A DNA stretch of 64,000 bases, taken from positions 41,937-105,936 of the forward strand of contig CAYGDW010000002.1 in NCBI GenBank assembly GCA_964348755.1, written 5' to 3'. Origin of the DNA: an uncultured Bacteroidales bacterium (GTDB lineage: Bacteria; Bacteroidota; Bacteroidia; Bacteroidales; UBA7960). Made by a program: the position numbers and the translations under genes. The notes beneath the pieces are model-generated. The model was given only the letters and a program-made list of their open reading frames with translations. It ran no database searches and had not been told where the DNA came from. Of the stretch, positions 60,143 to 64,000 are shown in pieces (position 1 is the first letter of the stretch; the number at the start of each line of letters is the position of its first letter).

Positions 60143-61211
60143 TACTGCCGGGAGCTTTTTTTATCGAAACCACAAAAAGAAACAGGAAAAGGGCTGCAAG
60201 GTATGCAATAAAGAGGAAAGAATAAAGGGGTTTCCATTCTTTTATTAAAGTGGCTATAAGCCATGTAAACGCCACTGAAATAGATGAAAATACTCCAAAA
60301 AATATGGCCACCTGGCGGTCGTTGAGCCCAATATACGACAAGTGGTGGGTGGTGTGATCCCTGCCCCCAACAAAAGGACTTTTTCCTTTGGCTAATCTTT
60401 TGTAAAAAACCGTGGTAGTGTCTATAAGCGGAAGCGCAAAAGCCATGGCAACCATTATAACCTTAGTTATCCGGTTGAATTCTAAACCAGGGCCTGTGGC
60501 ATTCCATAAATAAACTATGCCAAGGCCAGCCAGAAAAACGCCAAGAAACTGGCTTCCTGTATCGCCCATATACATTTTTGAGGGGTTCCAGTTATAGAAA
60601 AGAAACCCGATAAGCGAGGCAATGCCTCCGGCCAGAATGGTAATTACCGGATTTGAAAAGGCACCCGCAATTATTACTATGCCTAATATTGATGCCAATA
60701 CGCCAATAGAAACAATAGATGCTATGCCATCCATATTGTCGAGCATATTTAGCGAATTCATTATGCCTACCACCCAGAAAATGGTAAGCATATAATTTAG
60801 CCAATCGTTTGCAAAAAACTGAATATATGTACCTGAGAGTATCAGCAATATTCCGCACATAAACTGGCCTGCAAATTTAAACCAGGGATAAGTGTCGTAA
60901 GCATCGTCGTAAAACCCTACAAGGAATCCCAGTGTGCCCGAGGCCAGAATGCCCAAGGTTTGAAGGTTAAAAAACCCGCTGGGTTCTGTTTTTATAAACG
61001 ACAGGCTGATGAGCGAGATAAGAAAGATGATGAAAAAGGAGATTCCTCCCAGTGCGGGTTTTGCCGTAGAGTTCCACCTGATTATTGTATCCTGGTTTTG
61101 TCGAATGCCTAAGGTTTTCGAAAACTTAAGCATTAGCCCGTTTATGGTAATGGAAAAAATGATTGCCACAAAGAAAAAAACTATTTGAAGCAGCGCAATA
61201 TACCCATTCAT
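60132..61211 (-). CDS. polyprenyl-phosphate HexNAc-1-phosphate transferase (MraY/WecA family)
   Basis: Polytopic protein. NMLDNMDGIASIVS and MGDTGSQFLG motifs. Confidence 0.85.
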   Translation of the reverse strand: MNGYIALLQIVFFFVAIIFSITINGLMLKFSKTLGIRQNQDTIIRWNSTAKPALGGISFFIIFLISLISLSFIKTEPSGFFNLQTLGILASGTLGFLVGFYDDAYDTYPWFKFAGQFMCGILLILSGTYIQFFANDWLNYMLTIFWVVGIMNSLNMLDNMDGIASIVSIGVLASILGIVIIAGAFSNPVITILAGGIASLIGFLFYNWNPSKMYMGDTGSQFLGVFLAGLGIVYLWNATGPGLEFNRITKVIMVAMAFALPLIDTTTVFYKRLAKGKSPFVGGRDHTTHHLSYIGLNDRQVAIFFGVFSSISVAFTWLIATLIKEWKPLYSFLFIAYLAALFLFLFVVSIKKAPGSTKN

Positions 61212-61242
61212 ACTTTTGTCAGAATATCAGATAAACTTAATT

Positions 61243-61791
61243 CTAAAAAGGGTTTGAAAAATTAATTAAAAATGGTGCATTTTTGTCTTTTTCCGAGAGG
61301 AGTGGTTCTGAAATTTCCCAGTCGATGCCCAAGGCGGGGTCGTTCCACCTGATTGCCCTTTCGCTGTGGCTGTTGTAACCCTTTGTGCATTTATAAAAGA
61401 AAACGGTGTGGTCTTCCAGGGTTTTAAAACCGTGTGCAAAACCTGATGGAATGTAAAGCATTTCTTTTTTTTGGTCGTCAAGAATCATTTTGAAGTGCAT
61501 TAGGTAGGTGGGTTGATTTTGGCGCAGGTCAACCACCAAATCCAAAACAGCCCCTTTAATTACCCTAACCAGTTTTCCCTGCTCCATTGGCGGTACTTGA
61601 AAGTGTAATCCCCGAATCACATTTTTGGCAGAAGCAGACTGGTTGTCCTGGGCGAAAGTTATGTCAATTCCGGCCTCACGAAAGGCATCCTGATTCCATG
61701 ATTCGAAAAAATAACCGCGCTCGTCGCCAAAAACTTTTGGCCGGATTATTAGCAACCCTTCGAATGAAGTTGATTCAACCTGCATTGCCAA
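61243..61791 (-). CDS. rfbC: dTDP-4-dehydrorhamnose 3,5-epimerase
   Basis: FGDERGYFFESWN...IRGLHFQ...QGKLVRVIKGAVLDLVVDLR. Confidence 0.93.
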   Translation of the reverse strand: MAMQVESTSFEGLLIIRPKVFGDERGYFFESWNQDAFREAGIDITFAQDNQSASAKNVIRGLHFQVPPMEQGKLVRVIKGAVLDLVVDLRQNQPTYLMHFKMILDDQKKEMLYIPSGFAHGFKTLEDHTVFFYKCTKGYNSHSERAIRWNDPALGIDWEISEPLLSEKDKNAPFLINFSNPF

Positions 61792-64000
61792 AGAGTTTTT
61801 TAAGAAAATTTTTTACCGGCTTAAAAGCAAAGTAAGTCCTTGTTGGCATTTCGGTAGCTTCGTCGTAATAGCCATATCCATATCCGCCGTAATAACCGTA
61901 TGCATAACCTTTGTCGTAGCCATAGCTCGAGTACTCGCGGTCAACGGCATTAAGCACAATTGAAAGTTTCGAAAGGGAGCTTTCGGCAACCAGGCGATTG
62001 ACATTTTGTATAAAAAGTCGCTTAGAGTGGTTGGCCTTGAATATATATATGGGGTAATCGGCCATAAGTATGCTTTTCATGCCATCTGTAACGATACCCA
62101 CAGGCGGGTTGTCAATAATTACAAAGTCGTATTTGCCTTTTAGGTATTCAACCATATTGTCCATCCGGTCGGTAAGTATTAGTTCCGAAGGGTTTGGAGG
62201 CACCGGCCCGGCAGTAATAAAATCGAGGTTTTTTACCTTCGAAGGCTTAATACAGTCGTCAATATTATCGATACCTGAAAGGATGGTGCTTACACCTTTA
62301 ATGTTTTCGGTATTGAATCCAAAGTGAATTTTTGGCTTGCGCATATCAAAGTCAATCACAATTACCTTCTTGTTGCTAAACGCCAAAATTCCAGCCAGGT
62401 TCATTGCTACAAATGTTTTGCCTTCGCCCGAAATGGTTGAGGTAATCGCCACAAGTTTGCTTCCCGGCTCATTGTCAATAAACTGAAGGTTGGTTCTTAT
62501 TGACCTTAACGCTTCGGCAATGAGCGATTTTGGTTTTTTAAGTACAAGTAGCTGGTTTGGCGGAATTTCGCTTTTATACTTTGGAATTACCCCAAGCACG
62601 GGCGAGTTGGTATATTTTAAAATATCGTGAAGTGAAGGTATTTCGTTGTAAAACAAATATTTGAGTAGTATGATGCCGGCCCCTAAAAAGAATGCCGCCA
62701 ACAAGCTGCTTAGGTAAATATTTTGTGGGATAGGGGAAATGGGGTTGAGCGGTGTGCGCGCCCGTTCAAGAATTAAGCTTTGTGACACAAATCCGGCCCG
62801 GGAAATGGAGTACTCTGCCTTTTTTTCAACAAGCTGGTTGTAAAACCTTTCATTAATATTATAAACACGCTGCAAGCGGCTAAACTCTATCATGCTGATA
62901 CGTTCCGACCGGCTAACAAGCACCGATTCAAATTCAGTAATTCTCGAATCGAGTTTAGCAATACGACCCCTAATATTATTTTTCTGGGTAGTAATGGCCT
63001 CAATGAGCATTCTTTTTTGTATTGCAATCTGAAAGTCAAGGGCCTCAATCTGCCGGCTATTTGGAGTAACCTCGTAGAGCAGGCGCTCGCGTTCCATAAG
63101 TTGTTGCTGCAGCGCTTCGAAAAGGTTAGAAAGGGTTCCGCGAAATTCACTTCCAGATAAAATGGCAATCAGCCTGAAAATGTCTATTTCTTTTTCAGAT
63201 TTCAGTGTTTCTTCAATTTCCGAAAATATTCGGTTTTCCATTTCAAGCATCACAATCTGGTTTTCATAATCATCTATGCGTGAATGGATTGCAGGAAGCG
63301 GGGTTATGGTATTTTCGTCAATTTTGTGTTCTTTTTTAAAGCTATCAAGCTCAATTTCTGATGCGGCAAGTTGGCCAAAAACCACATCGAGTTGCCTGTC
63401 AATAAACTCGAGAATGTTGTTGGCGCTCTCGGCCTTTTTCTCAAGGTCAAACACATTAAACTCCTGGGTCATTACGTTTACAATGTCGGCAACTTTGTGA
63501 GCATTTGTGCCTGTAGTGCTAATTAATATGGTGCGGGCAGCGGCATTGAGTACATTGATTTTAATGTTGGGGGCATATTTCGAAATGGCTGTTTCGGGGT
63601 TGTTAATTACAAAAAAATAGGGATTGCGTGTAAAAACGCTTCGCTGCTCCTCATAAATCTGCGGGTTTTTTATCTCAACCGTAAGGTCAAAGTCGGGAAG
63701 TATGGCTGTTTCCTCAGCAATAAATTCTTTTCGCTGCTGGTTGTGGCCGTTTATAGCATAAGAAATTATTACCTTGTTATTTTCAGAAAAATCAATGCTG
63801 ATAGGCACCCCATAAATAGCAGGGTTTCTTACATTTGCTTCAACCCGAAATGGTGCATTTTTGTATAATTCATTGTTGAGTACCCGCCCCCTGGTATAAT
63901 AACTGATTGCCAATGGCAGGCTGGCAAGGGCGCGTTGTTGAAAAACTGAGGATCGTATCAGCTCAATTTGCTTGGCCAAATCGTCCTCATAGTAGTAAAT
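61775..64000 (-). CDS. polysaccharide co-polymerase / tyrosine autokinase (Wzc-like), 5' end beyond the window
   Basis: The frame stays open to nt 64000 (IYYYEDDLAKQIE...). P-loop ITSTISGEGKTFVAMNLA, DNPP, and a C-terminal Tyr cluster YGYDKGYAYGYYGGYGYGYYDE. Confidence 0.85.
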   Translation of the reverse strand: MYYYEDDLAKQIELIRSSVFQQRALASLPLAISYYTRGRVLNNELYKNAPFRVEANVRNPAIYGVPISIDFSENNKVIISYAINGHNQQRKEFIAEETAILPDFDLTVEIKNPQIYEEQRSVFTRNPYFFVINNPETAISKYAPNIKINVLNAAARTILISTTGTNAHKVADIVNVMTQEFNVFDLEKKAESANNILEFIDRQLDVVFGQLAASEIELDSFKKEHKIDENTITPLPAIHSRIDDYENQIVMLEMENRIFSEIEETLKSEKEIDIFRLIAILSGSEFRGTLSNLFEALQQQLMERERLLYEVTPNSRQIEALDFQIAIQKRMLIEAITTQKNNIRGRIAKLDSRITEFESVLVSRSERISMIEFSRLQRVYNINERFYNQLVEKKAEYSISRAGFVSQSLILERARTPLNPISPIPQNIYLSSLLAAFFLGAGIILLKYLFYNEIPSLHDILKYTNSPVLGVIPKYKSEIPPNQLLVLKKPKSLIAEALRSIRTNLQFIDNEPGSKLVAITSTISGEGKTFVAMNLAGILAFSNKKVIVIDFDMRKPKIHFGFNTENIKGVSTILSGIDNIDDCIKPSKVKNLDFITAGPVPPNPSELILTDRMDNMVEYLKGKYDFVIIDNPPVGIVTDGMKSILMADYPIYIFKANHSKRLFIQNVNRLVAESSLSKLSIVLNAVDREYSSYGYDKGYAYGYYGGYGYGYYDEATEMPTRTYFAFKPVKNFLKKLFGNAG

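Overview
This window looks like a chromosomal segment from a Bacteroidota-type genome. All product calls come from reading the translated ORFs for motifs. No database search was possible.

Layout:
- The first 15 kb is the conserved translation/transcription block: xerC/D-like (5' partial), hpf, tRNA-Thr/Tyr/Gly/Thr, tuf, tRNA-Trp, secE, nusG, rplK, rplA, rplJ, rplL, rpoB, rpoC, and a DUF3467 gene.
- Next is a visibly GC-richer segment (15.5-21.8 kb). It carries an SOS-type mutagenesis cassette: an HTH/S24 LexA-like repressor transcribed divergently from a catalytically intact dinB plus a short dnaE2-type polymerase.
- The rest is housekeeping or accessory metabolism: a purine salvage cluster, trmD, thyA, nupC, hppA, an acyl-CoA ligase, gcvP, iorAB, acpH, alaS, an AddB-like nuclease, an AmgK/MurU-like cell-wall recycling operon, glgCA, and the start of a polysaccharide locus (wecA-like, rfbC, wzc-like).

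Most interesting observations:
1. A low-GC HUH/Y1 (RAYT-like) transposase gene is flanked by two ~247-bp direct repeats built from REP-like GGGC-TTTA-GCCC hairpins. It sits exactly in the divergent control region of the SOS cassette. The same repeat module ends 9-11 nt before the start codons of both the RAYT-like and the LexA-like genes.
2. A second, unrelated ~165-200 bp composite repeat, itself made of inverted ~29-nt motifs, occurs in inverted orientation at 28.0 kb and 57.0 kb.
3. A sugar-kinase/RapZ-C-terminal-domain fusion is followed by an unlisted 40-codon Cys4, Lys-rich ORF.
4. A 44-bp duplication covers the 3' end of tRNA-Tyr.
5. An almost C-free 8-nt periodic tract contains ATGTGA start-stop units.

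No CRISPR array, rRNA gene, prophage or obvious defence operon was seen.
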